Assembly (NCBI GenBank): GCA_963804645.1
Contig: CAWDRG010000017.1
Span: forward strand, 768,001-832,000
DNA from: an uncultured Bacillota bacterium
Lineage (GTDB): Bacteria > Sysuimicrobiota > Sysuimicrobiia > Sysuimicrobiales > Segetimicrobiaceae
Direction: 5' to 3'
DNA length: 64,000 nt
The position numbers were made by a program, and so were the translations under genes. Positions within the stretch are counted from its first letter, which is position 1. Each line of letters starts with the position of its first letter. Below, in pieces: positions 1 through 7,438 of this stretch. The notes under the pieces are model-generated. The model ran no database searches, was not told where the DNA came from, and was given only the letters and a program-made list of their open reading frames with translations.

Positions 1-1
1 C

Positions 2-1270
2 GTACTGGACTGGCTCGGCGCCGGCTTTGCCGGCACTGCCCTGCCGCCCGCGCGGATCGCGGCCCACCTCGCGAGGCAGCTTGGGGGACCGGCGGAATCG
101 ACGATCCTCGCCGGCGGCCGCGCCGCGGTCACGGGAGCAGCGCTGGCCAACGGCGTCGCGTCGCACGCGGTCGAAATGGACGATCTGCACCGGCCGTCGG
201 TCATGCATCTGGCCGTCGTCACGATACCCGCCGCGCTCGCCCTCGCCGAACGGGAGCACGCCCCTGGCCGGCGCCTGCTCGAGGCGATCGTCTGCGGGTA
301 CGAGGTCGGCGCGCGGGTCGGCGAGGCGCTGGGGCAGCCGCACTACGATTTCTGGCACACCACCGGGACCGCGGGGACGTTCGGCGCCGCGGCGGCGTGT
401 GCCAAGATCCTCGGGCTCTCGCCCGATGAGACGCTGCACGCGCTCGGCACGGCCGGCACCTTGTGCGCGGGCCTCTGGGAGTTCCTCGCCGACGGGGCGA
501 TGAGTAAGACGCTGCACGCGGGACGCGCGGCGGAGACCGGCGTGTTGGCCGCGCTGCTCGCCCGCGACGGATTCACCGGCGCGTCGGCGATCCTCGAGGG
601 GGACAAGGGCGTGCTGCGGGCGATGGCCGGCGGCGGCCAGCCCGCGCGCCTGGTCGAGGGCCTCGGGACGGCGTTTCGGATCGACGGCAACTCGTTCAAG
701 CTGCACGCCGCGTGCGGGCACACGCACCCCGCCGTCGACGCGGCGCTCGAGCTCCGCCGCCGGGGGATCCGCGCGTCCGAGATCACCTCGATCCGCGTCG
801 GCACGTTCCGGACCGCCCTCGAGGTCACGTCGATCCGCGACGCCCACAACCCGTACCAGGCAAAGTTCAGCCTCCCGTTCTGCGTCGCGCTGGCGCTGGT
901 GCGCGGCCGTGTCGGACTGGGGGAGTTCACGCCGGCCGAGCTCGCCGACCCCGAGCTGCGCGCGGTGTCCGGCCGCGTCGTGCTCGCGGAAGACGGGGTG
1001 TCCAACCGGGCATATCCCGGACGGTGGCAGGCATCCGTGACCGTCGCGCTGACGGGCGGCCGGCGCGAGACCGTCCGCGTGGACGCGCCTCGGGGCAGCC
1101 CGGAGAATCCGGCATCCGACGAGGAACTGCGGGAGAAATTCGACGGACTGTGCGAGGGACGCATCCCGTCCGAGCGGCGCGACGCGATCGCCCGGGCCGT
1201 CGAACTGCTCGCCGACACGCGGGACGTCGCCGCGGTCGCGTGGGGCGCCGATGCGAACGGTCACCACTAG
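2..1270 (+). CDS. MmgE/PrpD family protein (5' end truncated by window edge)
   Basis: Frame is open from position 2 (VLDWLGAGFAG...ANGVASHAVEMDDLH). Motifs GYEVG, WHTTGT, KTLHAG, FKLHAACGHTH, AKFSLPF and RGSPENP are typical of the family. Confidence 0.9.
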   Translation, partial: VLDWLGAGFAGTALPPARIAAHLARQLGGPAESTILAGGRAAVTGAALANGVASHAVEMDDLHRPSVMHLAVVTIPAALALAEREHAPGRRLLEAIVCGYEVGARVGEALGQPHYDFWHTTGTAGTFGAAAACAKILGLSPDETLHALGTAGTLCAGLWEFLADGAMSKTLHAGRAAETGVLAALLARDGFTGASAILEGDKGVLRAMAGGGQPARLVEGLGTAFRIDGNSFKLHAACGHTHPAVDAALELRRRGIRASEITSIRVGTFRTALEVTSIRDAHNPYQAKFSLPFCVALALVRGRVGLGEFTPAELADPELRAVSGRVVLAEDGVSNRAYPGRWQASVTVALTGGRRETVRVDAPRGSPENPASDEELREKFDGLCEGRIPSERRDAIARAVELLADTRDVAAVAWGADANGHH

Positions 1271-2093
1271 CGACCTCACGGCCGCGGTCCGCGACCTGTG
1301 CATCACGGTGAATTACCGGATGGGCGACGACATGCTCCAGGCGCTCGCGCGCGCGAAAGAGGTGGAGGAGAGCGACCTCGGGCGCACCGTACTGACGCGC
1401 CTCCTCGAAAACGCGCGGGTCGCGCGGACCGACTGGTACCCGATCTGCCAGGACACCGGCCAGGCGGTGGTGTTTGTCGACCTCGGCCAGGACGTGCATG
1501 TCGAAGGCGGCGACCTGGACGCGGCGATCGACGAGGGAGTCCGGCAGGGATACCGCGAGGGGTACCTCCGGGCGTCGGTCGTGGAGAGCGCGCTGCACCG
1601 CGTCAACACGGGCGACAACACCCCGTCGATCATCTATACGCGCATCGTGCCCGGCGACTGCATCACGCTCGGCCTGCTGGCCAAAGGGGCGGGCTGCGAC
1701 AACATGAGCCGTCTCGCGATGTTGAAGCCGTCCGACGGGTACGAGGGTGCGGTCGAGTTCATCGTGCGTGCCGTCTCGGAAGCCGGCCCGAACCCAAGCC
1801 CGCCGCTCGTCGTCGGGGTGGGCCTCGGCGGCACCTTCGAGCGGGCGGCGCTGCTCAGCAAGCGGGCGTTGCTGCGGCGGGTGGGCGATCCCAGCCCGGA
1901 CGCTGCGCTCGCCGCGTTCGAGGCCGAGCTGCTGCGGCGGATCAACGAGTTGGGAATCGGCCCGGCCGGCTTTGGCGGGCGGGTGACGGCGCTCGCGGTG
2001 CACGTCGAGAGCCATGCGACGCACATCGCGAGCCTGCCGGTCGCGGTGAACCTGGATTGCCACTCCCACCGTGCGGGGCAGGTCGTGCTGTAG
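1251..2093 (+). CDS. Fe-S hydro-lyase (class I fumarate/tartrate hydratase) alpha subunit
   Basis: PICQDTG, GYLRASVV, NTGDNTP, KGAGCDN, GIGPAGFGG, HIASLPVAVN..CHSHR; overlaps the upstream gene. Confidence 0.92.
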   Translation: MRTVTTSDLTAAVRDLCITVNYRMGDDMLQALARAKEVEESDLGRTVLTRLLENARVARTDWYPICQDTGQAVVFVDLGQDVHVEGGDLDAAIDEGVRQGYREGYLRASVVESALHRVNTGDNTPSIIYTRIVPGDCITLGLLAKGAGCDNMSRLAMLKPSDGYEGAVEFIVRAVSEAGPNPSPPLVVGVGLGGTFERAALLSKRALLRRVGDPSPDAALAAFEAELLRRINELGIGPAGFGGRVTALAVHVESHATHIASLPVAVNLDCHSHRAGQVVL

Positions 2094-2178
2094 TGCGAAT
2101 GGGTCCGGGCACATCGGATCCGAGGCACACGCGCGGCGGCCGCGAACGCCGTACGGGTCGGCACCGGCGGGGCGGCTC

Positions 2179-2745
2179 GTGACTCGGTCGCTCGAGCTTA
2201 TCAGCCCGTTTAGCGTCGCGCAGGCCGAGGCGCTCCGTGCCGGGGATGAGGTGCTGTTGTCGGGGGTCGTCTACACGGCGCGCGACGCCGCGCACGAGCG
2301 ACTCGTGGAGATGCTCGGCGCCGGGCGAACACTCCCCGTGGATCTTCAAGATCAGGTCATCTACTATTGCGGTCCCACGCCGGCGCGACCGGGACGTCCG
2401 ATCGGCTCGGCCGGACCCACCACAGCCTCCCGGATGGACGCGTATGCACCGTACCTGCTCCGGGCGGCGAGGATCCGCGGCATGATCGGCAAGGGCAAGC
2501 GCTCCGAAGAGGTTCGCGCGGCTATCGTGGCGTGCCAGGCCGTGTATTTCGGCGCGATAGAGGGCACGGCCGCGCTGTTGGGCGAACGCGTCAAAGAAGC
2601 CGCGGTGGTGGCCTTTCCAGATCTCGGTCCCGAGGCGATCTACCGGCTGGTGGTCACCCGCTTCCCGGTGATCGTGGTCAACGATATATACGGGCGTGAC
2701 GTCTACGAGGAAGGTCGCGCGCGGTATCAACGATCGTCAACGTAG
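2179..2745 (+). CDS. Fe-S hydro-lyase (class I fumarate/tartrate hydratase) beta subunit
   Basis: LRAGDEVLLSG..YTARDAAH, YCGP, GPTTASRMD, MIGKG, LGPEAIY; GTG start at 2179 inferred. Confidence 0.92.
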   Translation: MTRSLELISPFSVAQAEALRAGDEVLLSGVVYTARDAAHERLVEMLGAGRTLPVDLQDQVIYYCGPTPARPGRPIGSAGPTTASRMDAYAPYLLRAARIRGMIGKGKRSEEVRAAIVACQAVYFGAIEGTAALLGERVKEAAVVAFPDLGPEAIYRLVVTRFPVIVVNDIYGRDVYEEGRARYQRSST

Positions 2746-2969
2746 ACTCGTCTCCGGCTCCCGAAGCAGTTTCGCCCCGAACGCGCGGTCGCCGGCGTCA
2801 ACACGGTCTTCCCGTTACGTGACGCGGTGTCGCGCGCCGGGTTCCGGTCGGAACGCTCTCGAAGCGACCCGCCGCAAGGTCGATGATGCCATCGAGGAGC
2901 AATCCGTGATCCGCGTATAACGCGGGCCCCAAATCGCGGGATGTGTCGACGAATGTCAGATCGGCCGCG

Positions 2970-4268
2970 TTACTGCCGTACCTGGGTGCGCAGCACCTCG
3001 AGCGCCCGTGATAGGTAGGGCGCCGCTTGAGACGGACGCCTGCACTTGAGCAGGAGGTCGCCGAGCGCATTGGATGCGCGGGCGAGGTCCGCGCGCATGT
3101 GAAGGGCTTCAAACGAGCCGATGGCCACCTTGTACCAGCGAATCGCCTCTGAAGTCTGCCCGCTGGCGTCCCGAAGGCCCGCACGAGCCAGCTCTATCCT
3201 GGCGAGCTCGGTCACGTCCCCGAACCGTTTGGCAAGCCGCTCCGCCTCGTCCAGCGCCTCGTCCGCCTGGTTGAATATGCCTTTAAGAGTCAGCGCACGC
3301 CCCAACTCGGTCAACGTGCGGGCGCGTCCGGGATCGTCGCCGATCTGTTCCTTAATCCGAAGGCTCGCCTCAATATGCTCAATCGCGCCGTCCACCTTCC
3401 CCGCGGCGAGCAGCGTGATTCCGATGCTGTTGTGAGCCCATCCGAGGAACCGCGTATCGTTCAGCGCTTCGAAGAGGTGTTGGGCCCTCGTCAGGTGCTC
3501 AAGCGCCGCGTCGAAGTCACCGCGCTCACGCCGGGCGACGCCCAGTTGGACGTGGACGAGTCCCACGCGATGGAGATCCTCTGCGGACTCCAGCAGGGGC
3601 AGGGCTTGTTGATACCAATGGATTGCGTCCGCATAATCCCCGAGCTCCAGATACGTGTTTCCCAGATTGTACAGCAGCGCCCCGCCGAGGCTGCGGTCGG
3701 GATGGTCGCACAACTGGAAGCGGCGATAGCCTTCGGCGAAGTGTTCGCGTGCCTTCGAGAGATCACGTTTGTAATATTCGATCAGCCCGAGAACGTGATG
3801 CACGCGCACGAGGTGGCGTTCGGTCCCCAGGGCTTCCGCGATCTCCCTGCCGAGTTCGACGTTGTGGCGGGCGAGATCGTATTGTCGCAGACCGGCCAGT
3901 GCGTAGGCCAAGCCGACATAACACTCCGCCTGACTGGCCTTATCCTGCTGCCCGATCGCCAAGGTGAGCGCTTCATTGAACGCCTCGGCGGCTCCGGTGT
4001 AATCGCCCGGCTTCGCCTTGGCCCAGGCCGCCGCAACGTTGACCTGCAACACCTTCGCACTCAACGTCGCGTCGTCATCCAAAATGTACGCGGGCGACAC
4101 CTGCAGGCGCCGCGCGATGAGGACCAAGGTCGCAGGTGACGGCCTGGCGCGCCCAGCTTCGAGTAAACTGACGAATCCTTTGGTCAGATCGCTACCGCCG
4201 AGCTCGGTCTGCGTGAGACCGAGCTCTTTCCGTCTTGCCCGAATGCGTTCACCCAGTGAAGACACCAC
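2970..4268 (-). CDS. XRE-type HTH + tetratricopeptide-repeat transcriptional regulator (RRNPP/NprR/PlcR-like architecture), copy 1
   Basis: N-terminal LGERIRARRKELGLTQTELG..VSLLEAGRARPS is an HTH_3 domain. It is followed by many TPR helices (LLYNLGNTY..A..WYQQAL, AHNSIG..L..GKVDGAIEHIEASL). Confidence 0.88.
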   Translation of the reverse strand: MVSSLGERIRARRKELGLTQTELGGSDLTKGFVSLLEAGRARPSPATLVLIARRLQVSPAYILDDDATLSAKVLQVNVAAAWAKAKPGDYTGAAEAFNEALTLAIGQQDKASQAECYVGLAYALAGLRQYDLARHNVELGREIAEALGTERHLVRVHHVLGLIEYYKRDLSKAREHFAEGYRRFQLCDHPDRSLGGALLYNLGNTYLELGDYADAIHWYQQALPLLESAEDLHRVGLVHVQLGVARRERGDFDAALEHLTRAQHLFEALNDTRFLGWAHNSIGITLLAAGKVDGAIEHIEASLRIKEQIGDDPGRARTLTELGRALTLKGIFNQADEALDEAERLAKRFGDVTELARIELARAGLRDASGQTSEAIRWYKVAIGSFEALHMRADLARASNALGDLLLKCRRPSQAAPYLSRALEVLRTQVRQ

Positions 4269-4381
4269 AGGTCCCCCGATGCGAAACCTACGAGACGCCG
4301 ATGCGCCTCTCGGCGATCCCTTGCCCTGCTTTTTGCAAAGTTTAGTGTATCACCTAGTCTAGATTCCTGCTACTAGAACAG

Positions 4382-4410
4382 CTCAAGCCATCTCAAGCCA
4401 ACCCGAGCCC
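4382..4410. repeat. Short direct repeats with 10-bp period upstream of HTH-TPR regulator 1 (possible operator)
   Basis: CTCAAGCCA at 4382 and 4392, with a degenerate CCCGAGCCC at 4402. Confidence 0.35.
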
Positions 4411-4496
4411 GTCGACGCAATGGAACCCCTGCAAGGACCCAGATCGAGCCCTTGCCTCCGATGAGACCCGGATTCAGTTAGAAGCTTCGCGGCTCG

Positions 4497-5009
4497 CTAA
4501 GCGCCGCCGTTGTCGTCGCCCGCGGGAACCAGCGGCGGCATGCCGTAGACGCTGCTCCCGCCGTTGTCGTCGCCTGCGGGAACCAGCGGCGGCACGCCGT
4601 AGACGCTGCTCCCGCCGTTGTCGTCGCCCGCGGGAACCAGCGGCGGCACGCCGTAGATGCTGCTCCCGCCGTTGTCGTCGCCCGCGGGAACCAGCGGCGG
4701 CACGCCGTAGATGCTGCTCCCGCCGTTGTCGTCGCCCGCAGGAACCAGCGGCGGCACGCCGTAGACGCTGCTCCCGCCGTTGTCGTCGCCCGCAGGAACC
4801 AGCGGCGGCACGCCGTAGACGCTGCTCCCGCCGTTGTCGTCGCCCGCAGGAACCAGCGGCGGCACGCCGTAGACGCTGCTCCCGCCGTTGTCGTCGCCCG
4901 CAGGAACCAACTGTGCGGCGCCCGCCGGAAGACTTGCTGCAAACAGATGAACACCAGACGTGCTGAGAACAAGCGCCCCTACCGCGACAAACATCCATAT
5001 GCGACGCAT
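4497..5009 (-). CDS. Secreted multi-repeat peptide precursor (170 aa): signal peptide + 7 full and 1 partial LVPAGDDNGGSS(V/I)YG(V/M)PP units
   Basis: ATG at 5009 is preceded by an AGGGGGT RBS. MRRIWMFVAVGALVLSTSGVHLFAA is a basic-hydrophobic Sec-type signal. The repeats are in frame and the protein ends LVPAGDDNGGA*. Confidence 0.85.
   Translation of the reverse strand: MRRIWMFVAVGALVLSTSGVHLFAASLPAGAAQLVPAGDDNGGSSVYGVPPLVPAGDDNGGSSVYGVPPLVPAGDDNGGSSVYGVPPLVPAGDDNGGSSIYGVPPLVPAGDDNGGSSIYGVPPLVPAGDDNGGSSVYGVPPLVPAGDDNGGSSVYGMPPLVPAGDDNGGA
4503..4910 (-). repeat. 54-bp tandem repeat array (about 7.5 copies), coding
   Basis: The unit recurs every 54 nt (e.g. ccgttgtcgtcgcc at 4561, 4615, 4669). 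Variation is mostly synonymous (CCT/CCC, GCG/GCA) plus V/I and V/M changes. Confidence 0.97.
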
Positions 5010-5314
5010 AGTACTACACCCCCTATTTTGATTTCTCGAGCACTCGAGTACCAAGCCAGGAAACTTCATGCGAGATCTGATTTCGCGGACTCGAAGCTTT
5101 CACGGACACAAATCTTGATCGCGCCCCACACGAGAAATGGCGTGCTATGGCGCCAAGGTTGCAGTCAATACGTGGCGTACGGTATCGAACAACCGAACGC
5201 CATATGTCCTTATGTACCTATGTACCTCCCTCGCCGAAATTAGACGTCCCCCGTCTAACTAACTGCCCACTGCCCCAGGGACTTAGCCGACGCCCGAGGA
5301 GAAGGGCTGCCGTG

Positions 5315-5435
5315 TGGCTGAAGTTTTATCAACTGCGCCGCACCTTCGCACGTCAACTAATGGAGGTCGGGCCCCCCCATCGCCACCGTACAGCGCCTCT
5401 TTGGCCATGGCAACCTGCAGAGCATCTAGTGGTAT
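5315..5435 (+). pseudogene. Tyrosine recombinase/integrase C-terminal relic
   Basis: WLKFYQLRRTFARQLMEVG, then a +1 shift in the C7 run at 5372-5378, then IATVQRLFGHGNLQSI*WY. This matches the HxLR.TFA..L..G / vq.lLGH....T..Y catalytic boxes, with an in-frame TAG at 5427. Confidence 0.7.
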
Positions 5436-5623
5436 CGGTCCCTGCCAGAGCAATCATCCGCCGCAGCTACGATACGGCGGTAACGCGGTTGCTGGGCACG
5501 ACGACCACGGACCCTGACGCGTGAGCGCAGTCGCCGTACACCGACCCGCGAGGCCAGGCGACGCGCCAAACACCAATCGGGTAAGCGTGCTACGCGTAGC
5601 GCTGGCCGAGGACTGATATTTAG

Positions 5624-5637
5624 TTGACAAACGTCAA
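5624..5637. promoter_or_regulatory. Perfect palindrome TTGAC-N4-GTCAA (candidate transcription-factor site, FNR/CRP-like geometry)
   Basis: ttgacaaacgtcaa in the AT-richer spacer between the divergent peptide gene and the HD-GYP genes. Confidence 0.4.
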
Positions 5638-6196
5638 GAATTGGTGCCGTCTGCGCGCCCTGCACAAAAAGAGACTTAGAAACGGTCCGGCTTGGCCAAC
5701 AGCCCCCCATTGCAGAAAGTTGAGTAGAGCGGTAGACTTGTGAAACAGGTAAACTTGTGGGGGGGAGCCCGCAACTCGTCCTGTAACCTCTGCGGCATTA
5801 GTACGGCCACTAGCGACTTGAAGTGACTAAATCATCGGCAAGGGGGGGACACGGAGGGCACTCAAAACTTCATATCGGGCGGGATCCGAGCGGTACCGGG
5901 CTCGGCGGCATTCCAAGCCGCAACGCCTTTCGCGGACGCCGACGTGCAGTCGACGCGGGAGGCCGAAGACGATGGCTGACGTCCATAACCGTAGCACTGC
6001 CCGACTCAGATCTAGCGCGCACAAACCAACGTAGCCGAGGACACGGTCAGCGGCGCTTACACTGGTGAACGGCAAGTGCGCATGTGCCAAGCAATCGCGG
6101 ACTGCCGGGATGCGTGTAGTAACATGGCAGGCGACGGCGGCAATAGTGATAGGAAGCTATCAACTACCGCTCGGATTCCCGCTCGCCCATGACCAG

Positions 6197-7438
6197 ATGC
6201 GAGTACATTTTCGTGAGCTTCAGGATTCTTTGCAGGCGTTCTGCGTTGTCCTCTGCGCGTTCGCGCTGGCGGCGTCATTTTTGCCCTGCCTCACAGTCAC
6301 CCGCTGATTGTCATCGGACTGGCGGTTATCTTCGCCGCCACATGCCTCGTTAGACCGATACCGAATCCCTCTGGCGGGAGCATTTTTCCGACCAACAGCG
6401 TGAAAATCGTGGCCGCGCTCCTCTGGATGCCGCAGGACGTACTGATCGGTGTCGCATGTGGGGTCGTTTCTTGGGTTGCTCCTCTTCCAAGGAGCGAGAT
6501 CTGGCGAGCGGCGAGTCAATGGTGCTGGATGGGGACTGGCCTCTGCGTCAGCGGCGCTCACGGCCCACCTCGTGCAGGGCGCGATCGAGCCCAGGCCTGG
6601 TGCAATTGACCGCGGCAGCCGTTGCGGCGGTGGTAACGAATCGCGTCATCAACGAAGGGATTTTCTCGATCTACAGATCCTTGCGATTTGGCTTTCCTAT
6701 TTCTGCCGACTTGGCGCCAAAACGTGCTCGACCAGTGGATGAGTCAGCTTCTTGCCGCGCCGATGGGGATCGTACTGGCGGCAGCGGCCGGTCGACTCGC
6801 AGCCACGTGGTCCTCCCTGGCGCTAACGGCCGTGTCCGCGCTGGCGTTACCTGATTCCACGCCAGGAGCTGGCCTATTACCATCGTGCCCAGGAAGCCGT
6901 GGCCGAAGTCGTCGAGGCGGTCGTCCGCGCACTGGAAGGGATCGATCAGAATACGCGGGCGCACGGTGACCGGGTCAGCCAGCTCGCGGGGGCGGTCGGA
7001 CAGCGTCTGCGGATGCCGGAGGCGGACCTCCGGGCCCTTCGCTTGGCGGCGCGTCTGCACGACGTCGGCTTCCTGGCGGGACCCGACGGGTCGGCGCCCA
7101 ACGACCACCACGCGGTCGCCGGCAGCCGGATCCTCGCCCAGTCGCCGGATCCGCTGATCGCAAGAATCGTACGGGCTCATCACGAACGGTGGGACGGCAC
7201 CGGAGTCCCGGACCGAACCGCCGGGCAGGCGATCCCTCTCGGTGCACGGGTCATCGCAGCAGTGGAAATCTACGATGAGGTCTGCTTCGGGATCGGCGAG
7301 GGCGGCAGCACCATGCCGCCCACCGACGCGCTCGGGCGCGTCCGCGGACTGGCCGGCACCGCGCTCGATCCGCAGGTCGTCAGCGCGCTCATCAGCGTCG
7401 TCGAGGAACAGGAACTCCAGGCCGCGGTGACGCGGTGA
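6197..7438 (+). pseudogene. Membrane-anchored HD-GYP-domain protein, interrupted by about 7 single-base frameshifts (probably assembly errors; about 412 aa when repaired)
   Basis: Hydrophobic segments chain across frames: MRVHF..AFALA/GVIFALPHSHPLIVIGLAVIF..PIPNPSGGSIFPTNSVKIVAALLW..VA/VGSFLGLLLF../VNGAGWGL../GLVQLTAAAVAAVVTNRVINEG../FLPTWRQNVLDQW../IPRQELAYYHRAQEAVAEVVEA. They lead into an HD-GYP domain (TRAHG, LHDVG, HHERWDGTGVP, LDPQVV). Shifts lie near 6271, 6457, 6490, 6514, 6593, 6699 and 6853. Confidence 0.75.

Noticed and set aside
4503..4910. 54-bp array as a CRISPR array
   Set aside because: Units are contiguous and near-identical with no unique spacers, the period is a multiple of 3 inside a signal-peptide ORF, and there are no cas genes.
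4474..4998. Alternative-frame ORFs over the repeat (174 aa, 164 aa) and the MKFPG.. extension to 5069
   Set aside because: They are open only because the repeat lacks stops. ATG 5009 has the RBS and the signal peptide.
4497..5009. Multi-core RiPP precursor
   Set aside because: No radical SAM, ATP-grasp, YcaO, lanthionine synthetase or other maturase nearby, and it has a Sec-type signal next to a TPR regulator. Not fully excluded if enzymes act in trans.
5010..6196. c-di-GMP riboswitch upstream of the HD-GYP genes
   Set aside because: I could not match the GEMM consensus (GGCAAA...GAAA...GACGCAAA) by eye; an Infernal/Rfam scan would settle it.
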